Assembly: GCF_020745735.1 (NCBI RefSeq)
Contig: NC_083417.1
Location: forward strand, 14,384,001-14,448,000
DNA length: 64,000 bases
Direction: 5' to 3'
Source of the DNA: Hemiscyllium ocellatum
Taxonomy: Eukaryota
The notes under the pieces are model-generated. The model saw only the letters and a list, made by a program, of their open reading frames with translations, searched no databases and was not told where the DNA came from. Below, one piece after another: positions 11,851 to 23,930 of this stretch. Within the stretch, counting starts at the first letter, position 1, and each line of letters opens with the position of its first letter. The translations under genes were made by a program, and so were the position numbers.

Positions 11851-13239
11851 CAATAAAATCTCAAACCTATTTTCAGTGAAAGCAGTACACTTTATAGATT
11901 AGGTCTCTTGGCAATAACTTAAAACAAATGACTGTTGCATGGTATCACCAGCATTAGCAGGATATTAAAAAAAACAAGAAAATAACACAAATAAAAATGT
12001 TTGTTGAGGCTTCTGAAAAGATTTCAATTTCTTTCCAAATAATAATGATGAGACTTTCTTCAGGGAGCTAGGTTCTTCACACCATGCAATGACTATTCAA
12101 ACAATTCAAGACCTTCGTAATTCCCTCATTTTCTGCATACATTATTTCAATCTACACGAAGGATTTAAATACTGTGCTGATTTACATCACAATTTCTGGG
12201 GCAGATCAAGGTTATATTTGCAGTAATTAATAACTTAATGCATTTGCATATCGTAACAAATTCCATGTGATAAAGCTTTCCAATTGGATTTTGTTAAAAG
12301 ATCCTGCAAATGTATTTGCCACTTGCACTCTTAGCTGTAGATTTCAAATGTGAATTGCTCTCAACTCCATTTGAGTGAGGTCTGATAAGTGAGTATTCCT
12401 ATTAAATGATTAGAAATTAAAAATGCCAAACAATTTCAATAAATACTTTTGGATCGGGTCTAATCCTCTGGTATTTGTGAGGGAAAATACCATCCATTAT
12501 GAACTATATGAAGAAAAGATTTTGCAGTCAGGTGATAAAGGATGGTATTTTGGTTTATTTAATCATAAAGGTTCAGTCAGTAAAAATAACATTATTTCTT
12601 GTGGCACAGAGCTATTTGACCAGGAGAGGTCCAATTGAATTCAGTTTCACTTTTGTCTGTTCAAGGGGAGGGATTTCACTTCTATAAAATACCAAGCAAG
12701 CTGTAAAATTCCCTTTATTTACAGCTGTTATTTTGTTCCCTCTCACTCAGATTATTTTTTACCTTTCCTCCTGTCCCATTTCTACCAATGGCACCTTAAA
12801 ACCAGCAGAGATTAAAATAATATAAAAATAATGTAAAAACATTTTGCACTACTGGACTCTGCAGCGATTCAACTTTAGTGCAGAACACAGTCTTGAAGGC
12901 ACTGTGTATTTAATATCTCGGAGCTACAATGGGATAACACATGGGTCCTATGTGTGCAGAAGCTTTATTTTGAAGCGCTTTTAAAAACAAACAGTGCTCA
13001 TAGTTCTCTGCTTTCAACAACTTCTACAGTTGTTCACTTTTCTCTGAATCCACATGCAGGCTAAACTAATCGAGCGCAGTCAGCATCAATAAAACACAGC
13101 TTCACATATGGAAGAACTGAATACTACAGTAGGCACAAACCCAAATCCTATCTCACCACATGCTGTGTGTTATCTATATCCCAGAGTTCACGTTAAAAGT
13201 TCATACCAACAACACCTGCTGGTTTTAATGACTTCCCCA

Positions 13240-13850
13240 CTGTAGTACCAAGGTAATGCTGCAATGTTAGAAGTGCCATCTTTAACAAAGATAATAAATC
13301 AAACTTCCAATTTTGTTAAATGAACTTATAAGATTCCATTGCACTATTTTAAGCAAGAATACAAGAGTTCTTCCTAATATTCACCTCTCAACTAATATCA
13401 CTAAAGACAGGTTATTTGGTCAGTTACAGTGGCTCAGTGGTTAGCACTGCTACTTTCCTAGTGTCAGGGACCCAGGTTCGATTCCAGCCTCAGGTGACTA
13501 TCTGTGTGGAGTTAGCACATTCTTGCCATGTCTGCGTGCATTTCCTCTCACAGATCAAAGATGTGCAGGTTAAGTGGATTAGCCATAGGCAATGTAGGGT
13601 TACAGAGATAGCTTCAGGGGTGGATCTGGCTCTTCAGAGGGTTGATGTGGATTCGATGGACAGAATGGCCTGCTTCCACACTGTAGGGATTCTATGTTAT
13701 TTGCGTTGTGGGAACATGCTGTGTGCCAATGGGCTGGATTGCAATATTTGTCGACAGTACAACAGCGACTGTATTAAGTAGGACTTTCTCAGCGGTAATG
13801 CACTTTATGATTCCCTGCATTCATTAAAAATTGCTGAATGAGTGCAGGTT
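13240..13850 (+). mobile_element. Deu-domain SINE interrupted by an HE1 SINE
   Basis: gtgccatcttt...agattccattgcactattttaagcaagaa...cctctcaactaatatcactaaa. Confidence 0.55.
13427..13695 (+). mobile_element. HE1-type tRNA-derived V-SINE
   Basis: A-box tggctcagtggttagc, B-box ggttcgattcc, V-domain tctgtgtggagttagcac, CR1-like tail. Confidence 0.8.
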
Positions 13851-14654
13851 TTTCCCTCGGATTTCAATACCTGCCTCCAGGAAAGTATTTTACATTTAAT
13901 ATAGATCACATCTTTTCCACACATTCTTAGTACACAGAAGTGATGAATTAGCATTAACAGTCTTGGAGTCTTTGCACTCAAGTAATAACATTTGTCTGTA
14001 AGGAGTTAAAAGTTTTGAGTGAACCACTTTAAGTTGAGCCACCGTCCACTTGTTGCTTACGGGCGAAGGAAGGGATGGGATTTATATCTTTGGCAGAGAG
14101 CTTTTGCTTTACAACAAACATGCAGATCTTGGCTTCAGGCCAACAGTCAAACACTTCAGCCAAGGAAATGGGAAATTTTGAGGTCTGACATGACAATGTA
14201 GAGATCGTGTAAAGCTTTGCTTCTGCCAAGCTGTCAGAGAAACAAAAGGCTCGACTAATGCACAGAGTGGCCTCATGATGCCAGTGTGTGTTTTGGAGCA
14301 GATTTGTAAATTCCACCCTTGTGGTTTGCCTGAGACGGGTAATGTGGATTTATTCTGAAGTTGCTGGCAGTCAAAAGGTTACAAAATAAGAGAAACAGCT
14401 GAGTTGCAACATTGCTTTTTCGCTGTCAGACTGCTTCGATGCTGTTGAGTACACACGGTATCAATCAAACCTGCAACACTTTTATCTTGTCGGTGTGGTA
14501 AATCTTAACATGAACAGAAGTTGCTTGGGACTTTGCAACTCTATAATATGGCGGCTGCTAAAAACAAAATGAATTTGGGACAAAAAGTCCAAACATTTTT
14601 ATGTTCACTGTACCATTAGAGCTCTGAAGAAACTTTTGCAGAAATTGTTTTAGA

Positions 14655-14772
14655 GCTAGAAGGTGCAGCCCTCCAAAAGTCTGTGATTGCAAATAAACCT
14701 GCTGGACCATAACCTGGTGTTGTGAAATTTCTGACCTTCTTCACCCCAATCCAATGCTGGCACCTCCACATC
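14655..14772 (+). mobile_element. Single-arm PLE terminus (family 2)
   Basis: caaataaacctgctggaccataacctggtgttgtg...caccccaatccaatgctggcacctccacatca matches the right arms at 32575-32655 and 63020-63103. Confidence 0.7.
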
Positions 14773-15378
14773 ACGTTCAATGTTGGCATCCAACACATGC
14801 CAATCTTTCTGACGACCCTCATGGTACATCTATGATGGACATACAGGCTGCTTCTGCACTTCAGTGCTATATGTCAGGCTGCATCAGCAACTGGAATGGT
14901 CATGCTTCAACAAGGGCACTATGCACTCAGGTGTGTTGGACCCAGCTCAAGGACTGGACCTGGCTACTTCCCACTTCTCATTTGCTGTCATAGTTCACAG
15001 CCACTCTGAGGTGATCCCAGAACATCCCTGCCTTGTCTTGCCTTGCCTTTTTGCATTTTAGCCACACAGCCAGAAATACCTGGCTCATAGTACTGCTGAC
15101 CTGCCTTCTGATTAGCACAGCTGCAAAGCCAGGAAGCTTTTACTAAATATCAGGACTCTTCAGACAAATCTAGAGGGATAGCCTAAATAAAGGGGTCCTG
15201 GGCAGTAAGTCAAAGGAAGTCTTCGCTATCAGTTCAGGTCCTGCTTGAGGCGCTAAGATGAGAATCCTCACCTCATATGGTGGGAGGTTTGGTATATTAG
15301 GTGGCCCAGCACCCACCTTGAGTCTTTTTAACCTATGATGGGATGTTTTCCTCGTGGAACGATAATGGTGGAACCTCC

Positions 15379-15600
15379 CCTGGTGGTGTGGAGAAGGACA
15401 TTGACCTTCTTCCTGCAGTGTGGTGTAATTTTCCAGATGGCTGAGACTGCTTTAACCCAGACAGCCACCTCCAACCAGATTGATATAGTCTGGTGTTGTG
15501 GTCTCTACTGTTGGTCCTGGGGAGGAGCAAGTTCCACGTTGGCACCATCCCATGCAAAAACACAGAGCGGGACACCAATTTTCCCTTGCCTGCCAGGTTC
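15379..15600 (-). pseudogene. Harbinger/PIF-type Myb/SANT DNA-binding protein fossil
   Basis: Reading through the TAG at 15505-15507 gives PPQDQQ*RPQHQTISIWLEVAVWVKAVSAIWKITPHCRKKVNVLLHTTR (W-x-E-V-A...C-R-K-K-x-N-x-L pattern). Confidence 0.6.
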
Positions 15601-15853
15601 AGAGCAAATATGAACAACCTTACAGGTCAGTTCAACATTGACAGTGCTTATCCAGGTATTTTTAAAGAGGGCATGAGTGTGAGGGGTGAGGATGAATTCT
15701 GGAATATTGGCTGAGTGGTGAATTGTTCTGGAAACCACATCTTCAAGAAATGGAGCAGCTGTTCCTGTAGGGCTAATTATTATGAATGCTTGCCTGGGTT
15801 TCAATTATTTTAGTGGGGGTTCAGAACTTACAGTTTGAGTTAAAGCTTAAAGA

Positions 15854-16070
15854 GGGGAAAGTGAGGATTGCAGATGCTGGAGATAAGACTCAAGATTAGA
15901 GTGGTGCTGGAAAAGCACAGCAGGTCAGGCAGCATCCGAGGAGCAGGAAAATCGTCGTTTCAGGCAAGAGCCCTTCATTAGGAATGAAGGGCTCCTGCCC
16001 GAAACGATTTTCCTGCTCCTAGGATGCTGCCTGACCTGCTGTGCTTTTCCAGCACCACTTTAATCTTGAC
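15854..16070 (-). mobile_element. PLE-terminus palindromic mini-element (family 1)
   Basis: Inverted arms meet at cccttcattaggaatgaaggg (HHR core). 35-nt tail on the left. TSD ttaaag(c/t)ttaaaga at 15840-15853 and 16071-16084. Confidence 0.88.
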
Positions 16071-16311
16071 TTAAAGTTTAAAGATTCCATTACAGGATGA
16101 GGTTTTATTTGCTGTGGGATAGGAATAAACAATTGGCTATTTTTATAAGAAGTTAACTATTTGAAGTGATTTAAAAGCTTTGAACGGGCTTTACAAATGG
16201 GTTTTCACCAATGTTCCACTCACTTTGTTCCACTAGAGGAAAAGATGGTTCAATGGACCCTAATTATGCTTGACCAGGGAGCCCTCAGATTCCACCATTG
16301 GAAAGAAAAAT

Positions 16312-16732
16312 AAAGTATTGCATTTATATAGCCCCTTTCATAATCTCAGGGCATCCAAGAGATGCTGTACAGTGAATTAAGTATTTTTGAGATATGGTGA
16401 TTACTACAGAAAATTGGTACACATCAAGTTTCTACAAACAGCAATATGCCAATAAGCTGATCATCTGTTTTAATGACATTGGTTAATGGATTAGGATTTG
16501 CCAGGCAGATTTCCCTCACTCTTATTAGATGGTTACATGAGATTGTTTATGCTCAACTGAGAGAGCAGAAAGGCCTTGATTTAACATTTCATATGAAAGA
16601 TGGTACCTTTGACTGTGCAGAACTCCCTCAGTACGACAAAGTCTAGATTATGCTCAGGTTTCTGGTACAGGATTCAAACTCACTACCTTCTAATACAAGG
16701 GTGAAAATGCTGCCATGAAGTCAGAGCTGACA
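16312..16732 (-). mobile_element. Deu-domain SINE, near full length
   Basis: ttgcatttatatagc tail ... gatttaacatttcatatgaaagatggtacc...gtgcagaactccctcagtac. Confidence 0.7.
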
Positions 16733-16894
16733 ATGTGTGAGATTGCTTTATGATGGAACCCTTGGGAATCATAGCTCGAATTTGATTCTTCAGCTTTTCA
16801 GGGAGATAATGAAACAAATAAATGATCCCTGCTCCACTCCAGATTCATTAAGCTATTCAACTAACACTCCATAGAAGACAAAAATCATGGTCAA

Positions 16895-17175
16895 CATTCC
16901 AATGTCAGACTGAGAAACTGCTGCACTATCAGAGGTGTTATATGTTTGTATAAATCATACAGGTGCAGTGTTTCAGAGGAGATGTTAAACAAAGACTCTG
17001 CCTGCCCTCTGAGGTGGTTGTAAAACATCTCATGGCACTATTTTGAAGAAGAACCTGGGAGTTGCCATTTATTCTTCATTCAACATCACTAAAAAAACTG
17101 ATTATCTAGTCAATGATATTTTTCTGTTTGTGGGAGTTTGTGGTGTGCAAATTAGATATCAATTTTTACATTACA
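16895..17175 (+). mobile_element. Deu-domain SINE
   Basis: gctgcactatcagaggtg...gagatgttaaac...ctgccctctgaggtggttgtaaaacatctcatggcactattttgaagaaga. Confidence 0.75.
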
Positions 17176-17177
17176 AA

Positions 17178-18234
17178 ATCATATCCCTCTAAACCCTTCC
17201 TATTCATGTATCTATCCAGATGCCTTTTAAATGTTGCAATTGGACCAGCTTCCACCACTTCTTCTGGCAGCTCATTTCATTCACCATCCTCTGCGTGAAA
17301 AAGTTGTCTCTTAGGTCCCTTTTAAATTGCTATCCTCTCACCTTAAACCTATGCCGTCCAGTTTTGGATGCCCTTACCCTGGAGAAAATACCTTGATTAT
17401 TCACCCTCTCTATGGCGCTCATGATTTTATCAACTTCTATAAGGTCACCCCTCAGCCTCCGACACTCCCAGGAAACAGCCCCAGCCTATTTAGCCTCACC
17501 CTATAGCACAAATCCTCCAACTCTGGAAACATCCTTGTAAATCTTTTCTGAACCCTTTCAAGTTTCTAAACATCTTTCCTATAGCGGGGAGACCAGAACT
17601 GAATGCAGCATTCCAAAAATGGCCTAACCAATATCCTTTTCAGCTGCAACATGATCTGTCAATACCGATACTCAATGCACTGAACAAGAAAAGCAAGCTG
17701 ACCAAAACACCACCTTCACTCTCCTATCTACCTGCGACTCCACTTTCAAGGAACTATGAACCTGCACTACGAGGTCTCATTGTTCAGAAACACTCCCTGG
17801 GACCTTACCAGTAAGGGTATAAGTCCTGCTCTGATTTGCCTTTCCAAAATCCAGCACCTCACACTTACCTAAATTAAACTCCATCTACCATTCCTTGGCC
17901 CTTTGGCTCATCTGATCAAGATCCCATTATACTCTGAGGTAACCTTCTTTGCTGTCCATTACACCACTAATTTTGGTGTCATCTGCAAACTTACTAACCA
18001 CACCTTTTTTCACATCCAAATCATTTATGTAAATGACAAAAACTAGTAGACCCAGCACTGATCCTTGTGGCACACCACTGGTCACAGGCCTCTAGTCTGC
18101 AAAGCAACCCTCCATCATAATCCTCTGTCTCCAACCTTCGAGCCAGTTCTGTATCCAAATGGCTAGATCTCCTTGTACTCCATGTGATGTAACCTTACAA
18201 ATCAGTCTCCTATGCGGAACTTTGTCGAGCGCCT
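17178..18234 (-). mobile_element. CR1 LINE RT fragment
   Basis: Near-identical organisation to 33580-34740 ([18 protein letters not shown] on the minus strand). Confidence 0.9.
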
Positions 18235-19439
18235 TACAGTAGTGCTAACAACTGAGTCACTGTGCTGCCCAAATGACTACACTTGGCACTATGGGGCCAC
18301 CAAAAGATACTATATACATGAATGTCTTTCTTTCTTCTTGACGCTGTAATGCTGAAAAACAGTACAATAAACAAATCAGCTTAATAATGGTACCAGCTCT
18401 CTAAATAATCGTTAAATTGGAGATCTGAGCAGCCACAGCCTGGGCCACAAGATGCCACAATAAATTTATTCAGAAGGAATGCAGCATTACATCTGTTACA
18501 GTAGAGTAAGTATACAACTTCTGCTCCTGTGAAAATAATTTGAAGGCATGTAACATCATATCCTCTTTTTCCATCCCCTCCCTTCCCCTCACCTTACCAA
18601 GGTCACTCATGGTTAAGTGCTATTTGGTCCTTCGAGGAATTGTAATTGAAAATTATGAAAAGTCAATAAAAAGCAACCCTTTAAATAACTTTCTATTTTT
18701 ACCCAGACATATTTACTTCACTGGCAAATCTATACTTTGATTCTTTAGAAGGATGTGAATGTTTTATTACAAAGGCTGGGGTTCTGTAATCCTGTTAACA
18801 ATATGCTCTGGACAGCCTTAAGTCCATTGTATTAAAGAAAAGGCTGCATATTTGGACCTATCTTTTGCACCAACCTACTATAGTACTGGAATTGATATAC
18901 ACTAAATCCCAAGGCAAATGAGCACATAAAGTATAGACGTGGGCATTTGTCTTGACCATATCTGCCCTTTCATGGGATTCAATCAGATATAGATATTGAG
19001 ATCACTCTACACTGCCTGAAAATATCTTAACTCTGATCTGGAACAAAGAATGGGTAGTATTACATTCATAGAAATCTTGAAGAAATAGCATAAAAAGTAA
19101 AGAAAAATGGAGAAAATGCCACAATATTTTAAATAATAAATAATTAGCAATGACAAGCTCTCTTTAGCATCTTACTCATAGATTAGCTAAAATTTTATAA
19201 ATAACTTATCTTTACCCCTACAACACCTCCATGATCACTCACACATCCGTTTGAACCCCCTAAAGTGGAGAAGATAAAGATAATCTCTGATCCTCATATT
19301 AAACTGTTACAAGGCACACTTTAGCAAAAGAATATTTTAATAATGCAGAAAGGCTTGTCTTGTTTTGTCTCATCTTCCAAGGTAAGCAGAAAAATAATTA
19401 GAAGTTAGCCCGGATAGTAAATCCATGTACAAAATATCT

Positions 19440-19567
19440 CATGAAGGGTCATTGGACTCAAAAACGTTAACTCTGTTTATCTCTCTACAGATGCTGCTAG
19501 ACCTACTGTATTTCTCCAGCACACTCAGGTTTTGCTTCAGATTTCCAGTATCTACAGCTCTCGAGTT
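19440..19567 (+). mobile_element. Single-arm PLE terminus (family 3) with TSD
   Basis: Starts inside the HHR (atgaagggtcattggactcaaaaacgttaact). TSD tacaaaata(t/c)ct at 19428-19439 and 19568-19579. Confidence 0.75.
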
Positions 19568-19944
19568 TACAAAATACCTTTGACACTACATTGAAAAACA
19601 TGTTGCATAGATAAATTTCCAAAGCTACCAAGCTGTGATCACAATGCCACCTCAGAATTTCTCTTTAGTGAACAACAATAGGTTTAGCATTTCTTTTGTG
19701 TGCTTGTAACAATAGTTTCAAATTCATTTGCTTACTCCAATCTGGAAAAAGTAATTTGTTCTTTGTGCAATGTTCTAATGCAAGAATATCTTATATCTAT
19801 GTACATCTCGTGTCAGGTTTATCGTTAGAAATTTCCATGTCCATATTTGGAACAATCTACCAACTTTAGCCCTCCAGTCCCATAATACAGTGCCAATAGT
19901 GGCAGAAAGATGTAATTACAACCTGAAAAGTTTACATGGGCACT

Positions 19945-22095
19945 TTGAAAGATAATTCAGTTCTGTAAGTTTTCCAATTCAGTAAGTTTCAAGTTGCTTT
20001 GGATAAGAATAAGAGTAGTCCTCAAGTGAAAATACTGAATTGGAGGAAGAGTAACTACCACATTATTAGGCAGGAACTGGGGAATGTTGACTGGGGGCAG
20101 CTGTTTGAGAGTAAATCAACATCTGGCAAGTGGGAATCTTTTAAAAAACAGTTGATCATTGTTCACGACCAACATATTCCTGTGAAAATGAAAGATAAGA
20201 ATGGCAAGATCAGGAACCTTGAATGACAAGAGAAAGTGAGAGCTTAGTCAAAAAGATAAAGGAGGCATATGTAAGGTTTAGGAAACTGAAGACAGCCAAA
20301 GCCCTTGAAGAATACAAAAATATAACTAAAACAAGGAATTAGGACAGCAAAAATGGGCCACGAAATGTCCTTGAAAAACAAAATTAAGGAAAACCCATGG
20401 CATTTTATATAAATATAAAGTGAGTAGCCAGGGAAAGGCTGGATCCACTCAAGGACAAAGGAGGGAATTTATGCTTGGAACTGGAGGAAGTGGGTAAGTT
20501 CTTAATGAATACTTCACACTGGTATCTACAAAGGAGAAGGACTTGATGGATGGTGAGTCTCGGGAAGGATATGTTGATACTTTGGGGCATTTCAATATAA
20601 AAAAGGAGGACGTGTTGGGTGTTTTGAAAATCATTACGGTAGCTAAGTCCCAAGGATCTGATGGGATCTATCTCAGAAAACTGAAGGAGGCAAGTGAGAA
20701 AATTGCTGGGCACTTATACAAAATACTTATATCCTCTTTAGTTACAAGCGAGGTCCCAGGCGACTGCAGAATGGCCAACATTATTCCTCTGTTTAAGAAG
20801 GGCACCACTAATAATGTGGGAAATTACAGGCCAGAGAGCCTTAGATCAGCAGAAGGAAGCAGATTCTTAGATATGGGATTAATTCACATTTGGAATAATA
20901 AGAATTAATTAGCGATAGGCAGCATGGTTTTGTGCAGGGAAGATCATGTCTCGCAAACTTGATTGAGTTTTTTGAGGAAGTGACAAAAATGATTGATGAG
21001 GGCTGGGCAATAGATTTTGTCGATAAGGATTTTAGCAAGGCCTTTGACAAAGTCCTTCATAGCATGCTAATACAGAAGGAGAAGTCACATGGGATCACAT
21101 GGTGAGCTAGTGAAATAGATACAGGACTGGCTTCATTATAGAAGACAGAGAATAGTAGTCGAAGAGCTTTTTTGACTGGAGAACTATAGCCAGTGGTGTG
21201 CATTGCTTATAATATACATAAATGATTTGGAAGAGAATTTGGGTGGCCTGATTGTAAGTTTGAGGATGACACAAAGATTAGGGAGCTGTGGATATTGAAG
21301 ATGATTTCCACAGGATACAGCAGGATATAGACAGGTTGGAGACTTGGGTGGAAAAATGCAGATGGGAGTTTAACCTGGACAAATGTGAGTGATGCATTTT
21401 GGGAGATCTAATGCAGGTGAGAAGTATACAGTAAATGGCAGAACCCTTAGTAGTATCAACATACAGAGGTATCTAGGCATCCAGATCCACAGTTCCTTGA
21501 AAGTGGCAAAACAAGTAAATGGAGTGGTCAAGAAGCCTGATGGCATGCTTCCTTCATCAGTCAGAGCATAGAGTATAAAATTGGCAAGTGTGTCGAACTT
21601 TAGCTCGCCATCTTGGGAATATTGCATCCAGTTCTGGTCGCCATAAACCCTGGTTCGGAGGGTATTACCTGTCAGGAGGGAAATGACAAACTTAATTTGT
21701 TTTTACTTGAATGCCAAAGGATGAGGGGTGACCAGATAGAAATTTACAAAATTAAATGAGGCAAGGATAGACAATTGGAGTCGTTCTTCCAGGGCAGAAA
21801 GATCAATTACTAGGGGACAGAGGCTTACAGTAAAAGGGGATAAATTTAAAGGAGATATGAGGTAGGTTTTTACACAGAGGGTGGTAAGCGCCTAGAATGT
21901 GCTGCCAGAGATGATGGTGGGGGTGGATACAGTAGCAACACTTAAGAAGCATCTTGACAGATACATGAATTAGTAGGGAATAGAGGGATACAGACCTCAA
22001 AGTGGCAAAAGGATTTCAGTTTAGAAGATATCTCATGCTGGCGCAGTCTTACAGGGCTTAAGGGCCTGTTCCCATGCTGTACTGTTCCTTGTTCT
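19945..22095 (+). mobile_element. CR1 LINE ORF2, 2.1-kb decayed fragment
   Basis: KILNWRKSNY, ANIIPLFKKG...GNYRP, QHGFV, DFSKAFDKV, MHFGRSN, plus 3' UTR. Confidence 0.9.
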
Positions 22096-22686
22096 ATAAA
22101 TGTAAGCATAGAAACTCATAAGAGAAACACAGGACAGAATTTATGCCATTACAAGGGGAACTAAATCTTGTTTGAGTGCCTAAACTATGGCCCAACTTTG
22201 AACCACATTTCACGAGATCATTGCAGATGGGGAACCACTTTCATCCATCAGTGTAGTATAGTGGGAAATTAACATGTTAAGAATGCAATAACAATTACAT
22301 ATTATCCAGATTCAAAGAAGGCACGATAGAAGCACTACTGCTGTAATCGAAATGATGCATGTAAAAATCAAGAGTTTACAAGACAACCTGAGAGTGAAGG
22401 AGAGTCCTTCTTAGCACCAGATAAGATAGATACAGCAGACTCAGAGCTGGATAGAGTGGCACCAAGAGTTCAGTACATTTATTCACTGCCCAGAGAACAC
22501 AAAGCAGAATCCATGGAGAGACAGCAATGCAGCCTTAAGTCTATAGCACAATCCATGGACACAACTGTAGCAGCATAAAGCATGCTGACACTGTATTCAC
22601 TCAAAACATTCCATCCAAAGAGATTCTAACTGCCCTCACACAGAATTAAATTGTTCGTTAGGAAATTCAACAGCTTCTGCCTTCTA

Positions 22687-23014
22687 CAGGTAAAGAAACC
22701 TTTATCCAAAATCCTTGAGGCCAGTTGTTTATCAGAATTTGGCATTTTTTGGATTTCAGAATAAATGACATTTTCACAGTGAAATTTTAAAAAAATGACC
22801 TAACAGCAGACACATGTGAATAATGCAAGTGCTGAGACACAATTGATGCCTGCCAATGTTGGGCCATGCCACCATATCACATCTGAGTGACGTGGTTCAA
22901 CTGGGTATGGAGTTGGGTCACCTATTCACATGCCAAAATGACAGTCCACACAAAAAATTTCGGATTTTGGAGCTTTTCGGATTTTGGGATTTTGGATAAA
23001 GAATTGTATACCTG
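22687..23014. mobile_element. Tigger/pogo-like (Tc1/mariner superfamily) MITE
   Basis: TA|caggtaaagaaacctttatccaaaatcc ... ggattttggataaagaattgtatacctg|TA: ~28-bp TIRs and TA TSD. Confidence 0.8.
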
Positions 23015-23319
23015 TACTAGTACTTCATGGAGTTTCATCTGTGCACAAAACACAAGCCTTAAAATCATATTTTATTAGTTTGAACCCAGTTCTACTTGCA
23101 TGGTTTAATTTGAAATAATATTTTGGATTGTTAACACTCCTTTATGTCTCTGTAGGATCATTTTCAGGGTGAAAAGTCAAAGACAGTACAGATTTACCTC
23201 ATAACTTAATTTATTGATAATTAATCTGCTCAAAAGCAAGCTACCTCACTACGAATTACATCCCTAACTATATCCCAGACATATTTTGTGCTTTCCTCTT
23301 TAGGAAATACTTTGGGGCA

Positions 23320-23930
23320 GGTGTTAGAGAGCAAGTTTTAACTGTAGTAGAATTTGCTGGTGGAACCAAACGTGCCTGAGTTCAAACAAGAGCATGCTGT
23401 GAAGGACAAAGACTAAGAACTATCCTCTAGTCATATCTGAATGCAGATAAAGGGACTCTCCTCTCTAAGCCAGTCAGTTAGACAAGAGGAAACAAGATAA
23501 ATAAAGGACTTTTTCTCCCAATCTGAATCAGGAACTCAGTCACAGTCAAAAGAAATCAGAACAACTGAATCTCAACCAACCTACAAAACTAAGCATCTTG
23601 AAATCCCTGGTTCAATTCCCAACATCCACACTGCTGGTGACCTCAGGGACTGATTTGTGTTTACTTTTTAAACTTCATCTTTTTAGACTCACTTCTTATT
23701 TCCAACCTGAGTATGTGTTACTAATTCTTCTCATGCTTAGTAATTAATTAGTAATTCTAAAGCCGTGGTTAATTGCCTCCTTTTAAATTACAAGTTCATT
23801 TGAGTCTGCAAGAAAGGGAAGGCATGCTTTCCAAATTCATCTTGTTGCAACCAACAGGAAGGGAGCCAGTTGATTCCTGGAGCTTAATCATTTGCAATAT
23901 CAAGAGAACCTCACCTGGCCCTCAGCAAGA
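23320..23930 (+). mobile_element. Possible degraded solo LTR
   Basis: Begins tgtta and ends in a ctcacctggcc-type motif. No TSD found. Confidence 0.2.

Noticed and set aside
15854-16070. Interpreting the palindromes as pre-miRNAs, terminators, CRISPR repeats or DNA MITEs
   Set aside because: The arms match PLE termini, are asymmetric by a consistent tail and have 10-15 bp TSDs. There is no repeat-spacer periodicity and the DNA is eukaryotic.
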